Shown here: piece after piece, positions 10,252 to 20,766 of the stretch
Layout of the letters: each line of letters opens with the position of its first letter
Numbering within the stretch: the first letter of the stretch is position 1
Assembly (NCBI GenBank): GCA_963799845.1
Contig: CAWCYI010000006.1
Coordinates: forward strand, 1,152,001 to 1,216,000
Direction of reading: 5' to 3'
Source: an uncultured Nitrososphaerota archaeon
Lineage (GTDB): Archaea; Thermoproteota; Nitrososphaeria; Nitrososphaerales; CADDZS01
Length of the DNA: 64,000 nucleotides
Translations under genes and position numbers: made by a program
The notes under the pieces: model-generated
What the model was told of the DNA's origin: nothing
Databases searched by the model: none
The model's input: the letters and a program-made list of their open reading frames with translations, nothing else

Positions 10252-11403
10252 CTACTCCGTAACTCTGACCCACTTTTCACTTCGGTTGGATTCAGCAATC
10301 GCGTCCATGATTAACATCGCTTTGTACCCGTCGTGAAATGTTGCGCCAATTGGTCCGAGCGGCTTGTCCGCAGCCAAGCACTCGATGAAGTGATTCAGCT
10401 CATTTGTAAACGAGTACTGCCAGGCAAAGCCCACTCCCTGATTTGTCCAGAACTTTTTCATGTGAGGATGATCCTTCATAACAGTCGGAACGCGTTTGAA
10501 TCCATCCAATCCTTTCTGCCCGTCCTTGATGAAAACTTCGAGCTCGTTCAGGTTTTCGAGGTTGAAACGGATCGTTCCCATCGTTCCGTACACTTCAAAT
10601 CGCAGGTAATCGATTCTTCCGGAAGTTAGCCAGCTGGTCTCGAAGAGGCCTAGCGCGCCATTTTGAAATCTCATGCATGCGATAGTTGTATCGTCCACAT
10701 CCACTTTGGTTTTCTCAGAAGACCCTTCCTGAACGGGTCTTTCTTTGATGAAGGTCTCTGAAGCTCCAGAGACAGATGAAACCTCACCTACGAGAAATCT
10801 AGCCAGATCGATAGCATGTGTACCCAGATCGGCGAGTGCACCGTACCCGGCAGTTTCGGATTGATGAAGCCATCTGATTGGAAAATTTGGATCGTCAAAT
10901 CCCCCATCAAAATTCAGATATGCACTTTTGAAGTAGTGTATTTTACCTAGAGTTCCGTTTTTGATCAGGTCACGAGCGAAGGTCACTGCCGGGAGAAATC
11001 GATAGTTGAATCCAGTCATGTGCTTGACGTGCGCTCTTTCTGCCACATCGAGCATCCTCTTTGCATCCGGTGCATTTTTTGCAAGAGGTTTTTCGCAAAC
11101 GAGTTGCTTGCCTGCTTCCGCCGCTGCAATTGTTGGTTCTGGGTGCATGGATGGCGGCGCGCAATTGTCAAAAATTTCTACGCCTTTGTCTTTGACGAGG
11201 TCCTCCCAATTGGAATAGGTTCTTCCAATACCGAACCTGTCAGCTTCAAATTCTACATTATCTTTCGATCTCCCTGCGAGAGCAACCAGCTTCGGTTTGA
11301 GTTTAGGAGGATAAAAATAACGTGAAAGATCCTGCCACCCGTACGCATGAGCCTTTCCGATGGAGTAGCCCAGAATTCCTACTCCAATTTCTCTTTCCGA
11401 CAT
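10252..11403 (-). CDS. Gfo/Idh/MocA family oxidoreductase
   Basis: CEKPLA, GFNYRF and GALADLGTHAIDL motifs. Confidence 0.92.
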   Translation of the reverse strand: MSEREIGVGILGYSIGKAHAYGWQDLSRYFYPPKLKPKLVALAGRSKDNVEFEADRFGIGRTYSNWEDLVKDKGVEIFDNCAPPSMHPEPTIAAAEAGKQLVCEKPLAKNAPDAKRMLDVAERAHVKHMTGFNYRFLPAVTFARDLIKNGTLGKIHYFKSAYLNFDGGFDDPNFPIRWLHQSETAGYGALADLGTHAIDLARFLVGEVSSVSGASETFIKERPVQEGSSEKTKVDVDDTTIACMRFQNGALGLFETSWLTSGRIDYLRFEVYGTMGTIRFNLENLNELEVFIKDGQKGLDGFKRVPTVMKDHPHMKKFWTNQGVGFAWQYSFTNELNHFIECLAADKPLGPIGATFHDGYKAMLIMDAIAESNRSEKWVRVTE

Positions 11404-11539
11404 GAATTCGGGAAGCGACCCTGATTCAAACTATAGAAATCTATCGGTCAAGGTAGAAATTAACAGATGGGTACAAGAACGACGAGTAGGACAAACGTCC
11501 TAACTCTGCGGAGAGCTCGACAAGAATTATGAAATTGAG

Positions 11540-12649
11540 CTAAGTCTTGGAAAGGAGTGGAATAATCTCCTTGCCAATTCGGCGATAGTTCTCTCGGCTT
11601 GATACGAAATTGGCGAAGAAAATTTGGGTCGCTCCCTCACGAATGAATTTTTCGATTGTTGAAAGGCAGTCGTCGACTGTTCCTACAGCAATTATTTTGT
11701 CTATCACCTTTTGCAAGACCTCATCAGAGATATTGAGCCTCTCAACCGCCGCGGCGAGAGCATTGTCATATTCAGGTCCCGGTGTTGCAAACTGATAGTC
11801 AAGCTCTTTTGGAAGTGGCTGTCCTAGATCCTCTTCGCTGATGCCAAGGACTCCCAGCAGGTACTGGCTCAGAATCAAGTTGACCTTGAGGGCGTGTTTT
11901 ATCTCTCCCATCATCTCGGCCTTCTTTTTGTCGTCGTCGCAAATGATAGTGGGGATGCTCGCGATCAAATCAATTTCATCAATGGATCGGTTCGATTTTG
12001 ATGCCTCTGCCATAATCATCCGAACCTTCTGTCCGAAAACTTCGGGCGTGTTTTGAGATCCAGGATACCATCCGTCAGCCAGCTCCCCAACGAGGCGCAG
12101 CATCCCCTTTGATGAAAAAGCCCCGATGTAAATGGGGGGACTCGGTTTCTGCACCGGTGACAAACTCAGGTGCGCAGCGTTCAGCGAATAAAATTCCCCC
12201 GCGAAATTTGCCGGTCGGTCGTAGGCGGCGGCCCAAAGCAGTTTGATAACCTGGAGATTTTCCCTGAGACGCCTAATTCGGACACTTTTTTCTTCCCACG
12301 GAATCCCGTAGGGTTTGGTGTTCATTATTTCCCCCGCTCCTATTCCGAGGACGGCCCGCCCCTTGGTGAGGTTGTCCAGCGTTGCGACCGTGTTTGCGAT
12401 CTTTGCGGGATGCATTCTCTGAATGTCGGTGACGCCCGAACCCAGTTTGATTTTCTGAGTCTTCGCTCCGATGAATGCGAGGGTGGTCCACGTGTCGGTA
12501 ACTGCCTGGACTGGTCGGATGTCAACGAGGTGGTCAGGTACCCAGACGACGTCGAAACCCAGCCGCTCTGCCTCAATTCCGTCCGCAACAATGTCATCGA
12601 CATTGTCACCTACCAGTTCGCGAGAAAATGTCAGAGCTCTTCTTGTCAA
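11540..12649 (-). CDS. LLM-class flavin/F420-dependent oxidoreductase
   Basis: GFDVVWVPDH, HPAKIA..ATLD..GRAVLGIGAG and PPIYIG..GELADGW. Confidence 0.9.
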   Translation of the reverse strand: MTRRALTFSRELVGDNVDDIVADGIEAERLGFDVVWVPDHLVDIRPVQAVTDTWTTLAFIGAKTQKIKLGSGVTDIQRMHPAKIANTVATLDNLTKGRAVLGIGAGEIMNTKPYGIPWEEKSVRIRRLRENLQVIKLLWAAAYDRPANFAGEFYSLNAAHLSLSPVQKPSPPIYIGAFSSKGMLRLVGELADGWYPGSQNTPEVFGQKVRMIMAEASKSNRSIDEIDLIASIPTIICDDDKKKAEMMGEIKHALKVNLILSQYLLGVLGISEEDLGQPLPKELDYQFATPGPEYDNALAAAVERLNISDEVLQKVIDKIIAVGTVDDCLSTIEKFIREGATQIFFANFVSSRENYRRIGKEIIPLLSKT

Positions 12650-12679
12650 GTAACTAAAACCTGATTTCCTTTGAATCTG

Positions 12680-13813
12680 TTACTCGACGTCGACCCATTT
12701 CTGCGATATACTCGATTTCTGGATCGCTTCAACGACCTGTGATACCTTCCATCCGTCGTAGAAATCAGGTTTCACCTGAGATGAATTAACGACGGCGTTC
12801 AACACTTCGTAGATTTCGTTATTCAGAGAATCCTGGAAACCAGCACCCGAGCCCGTTGCCGGAAACGAAAAAGCAGACCCGTACGGATGAACGGGGCCCA
12901 TCATGATCGCGCGATGGCCCTGCAGATCCTTTGGATCTGAATTTGAATAGTAGCTCAACTCATTCGGCTTCTCGAAGTTGAAATAGACCGATCCCTCCGT
13001 TCCGTTCACCTCGAAATCCAGGTAGACTTTCCTGCCCAGCGAAGCCCAGCTCGTCTCGAGCCGCCCAGGCACGCCGTTGTCGAAATGCAGCAGTGCGCAA
13101 GTGTAATCGTCTACATCGACTGCGGCGGATTCGGATGAAGTGTTGAGAAGTTTCCGCTCTTTGATGAAAGTGTCTTGCAATCCGCATACGGATCGAATAT
13201 CGCCGATCAGAAATCTCGAAATGTCAATGATGTGCGAACCCAGATCTGCCAGCGCTCCGCCTCCGGCCCTTTTCGAGTCGTACCGCCAAGTAAAAGGCAT
13301 GTCTGGATTTGCGCCCCAGTCTTCCAGAAAACTCGTTCGGAATTGAGTGATTTTACCCAGAGCTTGGTCGTTGATGAGTTTCTTTGTAAGCAGGACAGCC
13401 GGGAGCCTGCGGTAGTTGAACCCCATAGCGTTCACAACTCCGGCTCGCGTCGCCGCTTCGTACATCCTCCTAGCGTCGGAAGAAGACGCTGCAATTGGCT
13501 TTTCGCACAGTATGTGTTTATGGTGTTCTGCTGCCTCTACTGCCACGTCTGCGTGCAGGTAGGTCGGGGCAACTATATCGACCAGGTCGACTTCAAGAGA
13601 TGAAGTGAGCGATTTCCAGTCCGAGAAATAACTTCCAAATCCCAGCCTTGACGCAGCTTGTGATGCTAGTTCTTCGGTGGCATCGGCAATTACAGAGAAT
13701 ACCGGCTTTGCAGTTTCGAACGAATGAAGCAGAGGCACGGACTCGTATGCCAAAACGTGGGCTTTCGCGATCGCACCGCCACCGACCATACCAATTTTGA
13801 TTTGTTTTTCCAT
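12680..13813 (-). CDS. Gfo/Idh/MocA family oxidoreductase
   Basis: GMVGGGAIA, CEKPIA, GFNYRR and GALADLGSHIID. Confidence 0.92.
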   Translation of the reverse strand: MEKQIKIGMVGGGAIAKAHVLAYESVPLLHSFETAKPVFSVIADATEELASQAASRLGFGSYFSDWKSLTSSLEVDLVDIVAPTYLHADVAVEAAEHHKHILCEKPIAASSSDARRMYEAATRAGVVNAMGFNYRRLPAVLLTKKLINDQALGKITQFRTSFLEDWGANPDMPFTWRYDSKRAGGGALADLGSHIIDISRFLIGDIRSVCGLQDTFIKERKLLNTSSESAAVDVDDYTCALLHFDNGVPGRLETSWASLGRKVYLDFEVNGTEGSVYFNFEKPNELSYYSNSDPKDLQGHRAIMMGPVHPYGSAFSFPATGSGAGFQDSLNNEIYEVLNAVVNSSQVKPDFYDGWKVSQVVEAIQKSSISQKWVDVE

Positions 13814-13921
13814 TTTCTCGAAAGCGAAAAATGCGGAATTCGTTCTGAACTTTTAAGTCTGTAGATAGTGGTTAGGATCTTTGGCTGAGCCACAGAGTTA
13901 CAGTGGCACCCTTTAGCTTAT

Positions 13922-15214
13922 TTGCAAAGCGTTTTCGAGCATAGCCGAACTAATTTGGAACTGAAGATAACTGGCGTAAAGACTGCTACGGTTGTGGGCA
14001 ATTATTACTGGACTTTTGTCAGAGTTTATGCGGGTGACCTTTACGGGACGGGAGAAGGCTACACCGCGCCTCAGCTTGAAAACATAATTCTTGAACTGTC
14101 TCCGCTTATCATCGGAGAGAACGCGCTTGACCTGAATTATGTGTACGACAAACTGCGTTGGGCAGCCGTTCCCTCAGGAGTTTCTGGGATTACATACCAT
14201 GCGATATCTGCTATAGAAATCGCAATTCTAGACCTCGTCGGGAAGTATCTGAACGTTCCAGTCTACACTCTGCTCGGCGGAAAATTCCGAGACAAGATAA
14301 GGATGTATGTTGACACTCACGCCGGAGAATCCCTGCACGCCCGCGACAGAGCACTGCGTCCGGCCTACACCAAGTGGATGAAGGAACTCAAACCTAATTC
14401 GGAAGATGCCGACATGAGTCCCAACGACCCGATGTTCGGCAGATCTACGATTCAAAAATTCACTGAGGCGTACACGCCGAAGGCTTACTCGGATCGCGCC
14501 ATCAAGATGAAGAATGAAGGTTTCACGGCTATCAAATTTGACCTCGATATCCCGACACCGTATTCGACGAATTTAGGGCAAAAGTCAGGATCTCTGAACA
14601 ATCGAGAGATTGATTATCTCGCAGAGCTCGTCGGGGCCGTAAGGGAGGGTGTAGGCGAGGAACATGACATCATGTTCGACCTGCACTGGAAGTACGACCT
14701 GGGAAGCTCAATCCGTCTCTTGCGGGCGATGGAGCCGTTCGGAGTCATGTGGATCGAAGACCCGTTGCCTCCTGAAGATCTGTCGCTACTGGGGCGGTTA
14801 ACGAGAATTACGACGACCCCGATAGCAAGCGGAGAAAACGTCTACACGCGATATGGCTTCGCTCGATTGCTAGAGACCGGCATCCCGATAATAACTCCAG
14901 ATTCGATAAAAGCTGGAGGATTGACCGAGACAAGGATGGCGGCCGCTCTAGCGGCGATGGCCGAAGTTGTTGTTTCTCCGCACAACGTCAGCAGTCCGAT
15001 AGGTACAATCGCGCAGTCTCATCTTGCTGCGTCCATTCCAAATTTTGGAGTCCTCGAGTTTCACGGCAGGGACGTTCCAATCTGGTACAAGCTGACAAAA
15101 CACCAGTTGATCAAGGATGGATTCATTACTCTAAAGGACGAGCCGGGCCTGGGAATCGAATTGGAAGAATCTGTGGCAAAGAATTATGCCCTCGACGATA
15201 AATTTGATTTATGA
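13922..15214 (+). CDS. Mandelate racemase-family sugar-acid dehydratase (gluconate/xylonate dehydratase-like)
   Basis: IKFD, FDLHW, WIEDP, SGEN, PHNV and PGLGIEL. Confidence 0.88.
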   Translation: MQSVFEHSRTNLELKITGVKTATVVGNYYWTFVRVYAGDLYGTGEGYTAPQLENIILELSPLIIGENALDLNYVYDKLRWAAVPSGVSGITYHAISAIEIAILDLVGKYLNVPVYTLLGGKFRDKIRMYVDTHAGESLHARDRALRPAYTKWMKELKPNSEDADMSPNDPMFGRSTIQKFTEAYTPKAYSDRAIKMKNEGFTAIKFDLDIPTPYSTNLGQKSGSLNNREIDYLAELVGAVREGVGEEHDIMFDLHWKYDLGSSIRLLRAMEPFGVMWIEDPLPPEDLSLLGRLTRITTTPIASGENVYTRYGFARLLETGIPIITPDSIKAGGLTETRMAAALAAMAEVVVSPHNVSSPIGTIAQSHLAASIPNFGVLEFHGRDVPIWYKLTKHQLIKDGFITLKDEPGLGIELEESVAKNYALDDKFDL

Positions 15215-15284
15215 TTTAGATCAGACAAGCATCATCGAATTAGCAAGCGTTATCGGGGCAGTCAAAGGATATGTCTATCCGTAA

Positions 15285-15499
15285 ATGGCGCCCAAAAAAT
15301 CTCGTTAAGGCTGGAAATCTACAAGAAGCTTTGCGAAGCAAAGAGGGAGAAGGAGAGTTTCAGCGACGCAATCGAACGGGTGTTGGACAAGAAACCGAGC
15401 ATACTTGTTTTTTCAGGCTCTCTGAAACCAGACGACGCGGAACTAATGTTCATTGAAAGGGAAGCAAAGAAACTACGAAAAAGTACCAAATTCATCTAG
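15285..15499 (+). CDS. vapB: VapB-type (DUF217-like) antitoxin; frameshift in the A-run at 15294-15299; not in ORF track
   Basis: Adding one A gives MAPKKISLRLEIYKKLCEAKREKESFSDAIERVLDKKPSILVFSGSL..., matching the archaeal K.IS...Y..L...K...ESFSD.I.R antitoxin pattern. Confidence 0.75.
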
Positions 15500-16698
15500 C
15501 CAAGTTTCCCTTTTTTCGTCGCAAATGCGCAGATCGCGCCTATTAGTATGAAAAGCCCGCCCATCATTATGAAGGAATACTGGTAGCCCCAAAATCCCCA
15601 GATGAAACTTCCGAGCGAAGACCCTATTAGAATGCCCACGTCCTCGGCAGCACCGTATAGTCCCATGATTCTGCCCCAGTATCCTCTTGATACTGAAGCC
15701 GTCAGAAGCGAAAGAGTGAGTGGGGTAATTGTCGAATATGTGACGCCAAGAATCAGCGTTACTAAATCCACCTGAGCAACAGTTTGAGTCAGAGTTAGGG
15801 CAAGGTAACAAACACCGGTAGCAGCGAGGCTGCCGACGATCCAGCTTCTGGGTTTCCGGGAGCCCATCGACCCCAAGAATGGCTGGAAGATACCGGAAGA
15901 CAAACTGTATATGAAGAGGACGCCTCCGACCTCGACGGGGCTTGCCAAGAATTTGGGTTCTTTTGCAAGAATGTTGGGAAATAGAAGGCTGAAGAAGCCG
16001 TTACCGGATGCAGCCGTAAGGCCGACCAATCCTAGCACGATTATACCGATCAGCTTTAGTTGCTGTTCGGCTTGAAATTTGCCTGAAACCCCCGAAGGCT
16101 GTTCACCGATGTCATCCGCAACCACATCATTCTTCGAAGACCTGCTCCCCAGCCAGACCGGAATTGTGGACGCCAGTGTAATTGCACCTGCTATGATGAA
16201 GGATGGAGACGGTCCGAGAAGGGCACCCGACACTCCTCCAATGAGTGAACCGCTGGATGCGCCAATAGAATAAGTCAAGCCAAGCATGCCGAAAGCTCGT
16301 CCGCGGTCGGCATATTTCGAAAAGTGCGCGACTGCCAACCTTGGGAAAACACCCGCTCCTCCCAGACCATTTCCCCACAGGATTTCGATCCCGACCACTT
16401 CGGCGAGGTTCGCCGGTCGGGAGAAAAGAAAAATTGCCGACGATGTCAAAATAATTGCAATTAATGGAACTGAACCTTTGATTCCAAACTTGTCGAATAT
16501 GAAGCCCCATAGAGCCTCGAACACTAGAAAGCTGAGCCCATATGCGGCGTACACCAATCCGATATCAATTGCCGATAGATTGTTTGAAAGAAAATACAAC
16601 GGGAAGAGGGGAAGCGTCATTCCCCTAGCGAATTGGTACAGGAACAAGAACGAGAGTAGCGGGACAAATATTCGTAAGCCAGAAATCTTCCCAATCAA
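15496..16698 (-). CDS. MFS transporter
   Basis: About 12 TM helices; GFIFDKFG motif A; RGRAFG and GRIMG. Confidence 0.9.
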   Translation of the reverse strand: MIGKISGLRIFVPLLSFLFLYQFARGMTLPLFPLYFLSNNLSAIDIGLVYAAYGLSFLVFEALWGFIFDKFGIKGSVPLIAIILTSSAIFLFSRPANLAEVVGIEILWGNGLGGAGVFPRLAVAHFSKYADRGRAFGMLGLTYSIGASSGSLIGGVSGALLGPSPSFIIAGAITLASTIPVWLGSRSSKNDVVADDIGEQPSGVSGKFQAEQQLKLIGIIVLGLVGLTAASGNGFFSLLFPNILAKEPKFLASPVEVGGVLFIYSLSSGIFQPFLGSMGSRKPRSWIVGSLAATGVCYLALTLTQTVAQVDLVTLILGVTYSTITPLTLSLLTASVSRGYWGRIMGLYGAAEDVGILIGSSLGSFIWGFWGYQYSFIMMGGLFILIGAICAFATKKGKLG

Positions 16699-16952
16699 GG
16701 TCAGTTACACAGTTTGCTACTTGCTGAAATGTTTTCGAATCCGAGGAAATAACAAGCTATAGATCAGTACCTGCAGAATCGACAAGTACCTGTGTACGTA
16801 CTCGAACGTCATTCATGAAATCATGAGACAAGTCTTCTGGGTTTTCGTCTCAAGCCGAGGCTCATAGCGGAGTTCTGGGTCGGGTAGACTTCACTGTGGA
16901 TATTTGCCCAACCCAAGAAAAATAAGGAGAGGTTAAGCTCTCGTAAAAGAGC

Positions 16953-18975
16953 CTAACTCGCCGGGACTACTGTGTTCAGTATTGCTGTCGTAGATTCTCC
17001 GGTGAACGTGGGGTCCAAAAGGAAGCTTTTGATTGCGCTCTTGTCATATGCGATTGAACCCGAGGCGAATGCCAGCTTTGGCGAAGCCAACCAGATGTAC
17101 GGAGCATCGTTGTAGACTTGCTTGTATGCTGCGGTGCAGAGATTGGTTAGCAGGGTCTGATTCGTGGTGGTAAAGAATCCGTTAACACACGCTGTGACAG
17201 TAGGGTTGCCATAGTTAGCATAATCTCCCCCCACACCATTCGGATTAACAAACGCAAGCCATGCATCAGCCGGAGTTGGCTCATTAGGTGCGAAGCTTGG
17301 ATAACCCATCCAAGTCATTTGGGCCTCTACTTTCGAATAATTTGATATGGATAATGCATTGGAACCATATCCCGAAACATATGGAAATGCTAGTTCTGTA
17401 GTGGGAATCACGCCAATGCTTATTGGGATGCCAATGACGCCAAGATCCGCTTGAATAACCTGCGCTCCTGATATACAGACACCACAGCCTGCTGCGACGT
17501 CGAAGGTAAGCGGTTGAAGGCTTGCCGTATTCACGCCAGATGCCTTCATGTCGGCCATCAGCTTCAGTAAGATTGTAGTTATAGGGCGGCAGGTTTCCTA
17601 GATCGTAATACTGGCTGAATGCCGCATACTCCGGTCCCAACAAGGGTGCGTAATCCCCAAAGAAAACAGATTGTCCAAAGCTCGTGTAATTTATTGCATG
17701 AACAATTGCTTGCCTGACGAGTGTGATATTCGTCGGATAACGTAGCGTGTTCATGCCTACACCCTCAATTATCATTGATTGGTTTGGTATGCTTGCGGCA
17801 CCGTATTTTGCCGGATTCTGTTGTATTAAAGGCCAGTCCTGCGCGAAAATAGTAGCTATTTGGGCCTGTCCCGTCGAAAGATCAGTGTATCTGACGAGGT
17901 CATCCGTCTTACCATAAACGAATATTGTCTTGTAGTGTCCTGGGTCGATGTATGGATCAGTTGCTATTTGAGCCGAAGTTAAATTACGACCCCAATAGTT
18001 TGGATTCTGCTGGAATTCTTCGTAACCGTTCTGGACATATTGCGTCATAATATATGGACCGGTGCCTGGGACATAGAGTGCAGAGGAGGACGGATCACTG
18101 AAGTCTGGATTGAAGCCACTGGAAGGAGTGCCAAATCCTCCGTTATTTATGATAAATTGGGAATCAACAATCATTCCAGGATACTGAACCAGCACTAAGG
18201 GCACATACGCAAATGGTACCACACGAAGAACCAGAGTGTTTGCATCAGAGCATGAAATCGGCCAGGCTGAATTCTGCATTACAGAAAGCAATTGCGAGGA
18301 GGGATTGACTATTCCAGTCCCATTCATCATGTCATCTGTGGAGACACCAAAGTTAACGCCTGTGAAATTGAAGAGTGGATAACTTTGCATAAAGTTCGAA
18401 GCATTTCCTGACACCCAGTAGACATTGTACCATTCGGCCCAGACCTGATAACAATTGAACGGATCACCGTTTGAAAAAGTGACGCCCTGTCTCAAATGAA
18501 AAGTGTAAATTGTCCCGCTTGCAGAAACGGTCCAATTCGCAGCAAGATCAGGTTCTGGCGTTACTGTCCCATTTTGATACAATGAATTCCCGTTGTCTGT
18601 TACAATACTTTGAAAGACAGACTCTAACCACCAATTACTTCCTGTAACATCGAAAAGCGCGGCGAATGGACTCGCCCCCAGTGTTGGCAAGAAAGCTTCG
18701 TCAACTGTTAGAGTGCTGGAAGGGGCAACGGAGCTGCTGCTTGATGATGTAACCGAGCTTGATGAGCTGATGGAAGAAATGGAACTGCTTGACGTTGACG
18801 ATGAAGAAGTCGAAGAGGAGCTAGTCGTGGTAGATGTGGTCGTGGATGTCGAAGCTGTCAGCAAAACTGCCGCCGCACCCGCGACTACAATAATTACAAC
18901 AATCACGACAATGATAGCTATTCTACTGATCGCGTTTAAAGTCAGAGTTTTTTTATGAATGCTCGATGAAGACAA
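16953..18975 (-). CDS. ABC transporter substrate-binding protein, family 5 (peptide/oligosaccharide); one frameshift at about 17559
   Basis: N-terminal anchor and Ser/Thr linker, PDLAANW, YTFHLRQGVTFSNGDP, GTGPY and VRQAIVHAIN. The 16953-17558 ORF continues the domain. Confidence 0.85.
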
Positions 18976-19124
18976 CAGGTTTGCTCTTTGTGTGTCGTTA
19001 TTTAGGATTTGCTACCATCCGGGAGAACAGTGCTCGATAACGAAAATCTTAATTGATTCTTCGCAGGCCAGAAATTTTTCTGGATTACTCGTAAATCGGA
19101 TCAGAATATCGACAATTAATGCCC

Positions 19125-19937
19125 TTACCAGAGCAATAGCTTCTCAATCGACTCTTTCGCTCTCTTCACGACGCTGTCTTCGTTCATCAACCAGTATTTT
19201 TGGTTAAACAACTCTACAGAAACCGGCCCCTCGAATTTTCTCTCGCGCAGTTCTCGCATGTACTTCTGGAGGTCGATGACTCCCTCGAAGGGAAATACCC
19301 TGTCCGTATCCACGAGATTTTCTATCTTAATAGCCGGAGCGTCATTGACGTGGAAAGCCAGCAGTTGGTCGGCGAATCTTTGCGGGAGAGAATTGAAAGT
19401 TTCCCCGCTTCTATACATGTGAAACACGTCCAGCACGAGATCGATTTTTCCGTTCCACTTCTTTAGACTGGCAACTGTTTTTCTCAACGTGTTCGTGACC
19501 TTATTGTCGTAGCTCACAAATTCGTAGCCTAGTCTTAGGCGATGTTTCTCGGCGATCACGGAGACGTTCTCGATGAACTGATCAAATCTCTTCTCCGTGT
19601 CAGCCTCCCATCCCGGATTAAAGTTGGCTGGGTTGACCACGATAATGTCAGAGCCGACATCATTACACAGTGCGATAACAGTCTCCGCGCGTTTCAGAGA
19701 CTCCTCCATTTCGCCTTCGGCCATGATCGGATAGTTATCAATCGCGTTCAAACTCACGACATTGATGTCATTGTCTTGGAGTGTTGCCCTAAGTCTTGGC
19801 AATCCTTCCTTCTTTATGGTTGCTTCGGTCTTGTCGATGTCGAGTTCGATGTCAGCAAAATCGTGTTTTCGAGCGCTCTCAATGAATCTAATTGTATCAG
19901 TCGTCATGACCGTAGCCTGATTTATGCACTGTATCAA
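19125..19937 (-). CDS. Sugar phosphate isomerase/epimerase (AP-endonuclease-2 TIM barrel, IolI-like)
   Basis: YEF, LDVFH, FHVND, DRVFP.EG and SVELF metal-binding motifs. Confidence 0.88.
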   Translation of the reverse strand: MIQCINQATVMTTDTIRFIESARKHDFADIELDIDKTEATIKKEGLPRLRATLQDNDINVVSLNAIDNYPIMAEGEMEESLKRAETVIALCNDVGSDIIVVNPANFNPGWEADTEKRFDQFIENVSVIAEKHRLRLGYEFVSYDNKVTNTLRKTVASLKKWNGKIDLVLDVFHMYRSGETFNSLPQRFADQLLAFHVNDAPAIKIENLVDTDRVFPFEGVIDLQKYMRELRERKFEGPVSVELFNQKYWLMNEDSVVKRAKESIEKLLLW

Positions 19938-19987
19938 TTGAAATGAAACCTACCCGATCGTATCCGATAAAAATAATGTTGCTGGGC

Positions 19988-20563
19988 TTACTTGTGAACC
20001 GGAAGATCTCTCCGGCTTCCTCGGAGGAATGCCACGATCGGGATTGCAACGATCGCTTTGACCGCATCTACTGGAATGAATGGAATCGCGCCGACGATGA
20101 TAGCCTGTGAAAGACTAATTTTTGTAAACTCGCCAAGCCATACGACTCCAATTCCGTAAATCAAAAGAAGGGCGGCTGCTGAAGCAAGTGAAACTTTGAT
20201 GAGATCAGTAATTTTCGATGTTGAGACCTTTCCAGAAATTCTGCCCCCCAAAAGTGTCGCGACCGGGAAAGCGATGAGGTAACCACCCAGCGGGCCAAAG
20301 AGAACTCCGGGTCCGGCGCTCCCACCCGCGAAAACCGGGATACCGGAAACGCCCAGTAGAAGATACACAAGACACGATAGGGTGCCATAATAGGAGCCAA
20401 GCAAGTTGATGATTAGAAAGACCACGAACACTTGAAGCGTAATCGGGACCGGCGAGAACGGAAGAGGGATGCTGATCAGCGAAAAAATTGCGAGCAAGAC
20501 AGCGAAAAGTGCCGTAAGTGTGATCCCTCTGGTTCGTGAATAGCTATTTCGCGTTTGCAGCAT
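19988..20563 (-). CDS. bioY: Biotin transporter BioY
   Basis: PVPITLQ, G.PVFAGG, GP.GGYL and PFIP.D.VK. Confidence 0.93.
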   Translation of the reverse strand: MLQTRNSYSRTRGITLTALFAVLLAIFSLISIPLPFSPVPITLQVFVVFLIINLLGSYYGTLSCLVYLLLGVSGIPVFAGGSAGPGVLFGPLGGYLIAFPVATLLGGRISGKVSTSKITDLIKVSLASAAALLLIYGIGVVWLGEFTKISLSQAIIVGAIPFIPVDAVKAIVAIPIVAFLRGSRRDLPVHK

Positions 20564-20766
20564 GAGAATCGGGTTCTGATCTGAGACGTCCGGACTAAAT
20601 TTTCCGGAGTACTAAAAAATTAGGTTGCCATTGGAATAATTCACTCTTGAAGAATGCAGGTTAGGCTACATTAGCACTCTAATCGCAACCGTCTAAACCA
20701 CTTCTGGTTATCATAAATGATAATCGCATTGCAAGTTAAGTAGCGGAACCCGGTCCTTCCTCTTTA

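Noticed and set aside
15271-15456. 61-aa ORF-track call
   Set aside because: It is the wrong frame; the overlapping frame encodes a recognisable VapB-type antitoxin.
18713-18958. Acidic Leu/Glu/Val-rich plus-strand ORFs (also 29051-29266) and long antisense ORFs such as 6132-6902 and 35141-35761
   Set aside because: They are antisense shadows of real genes and their Ser/Thr linkers.
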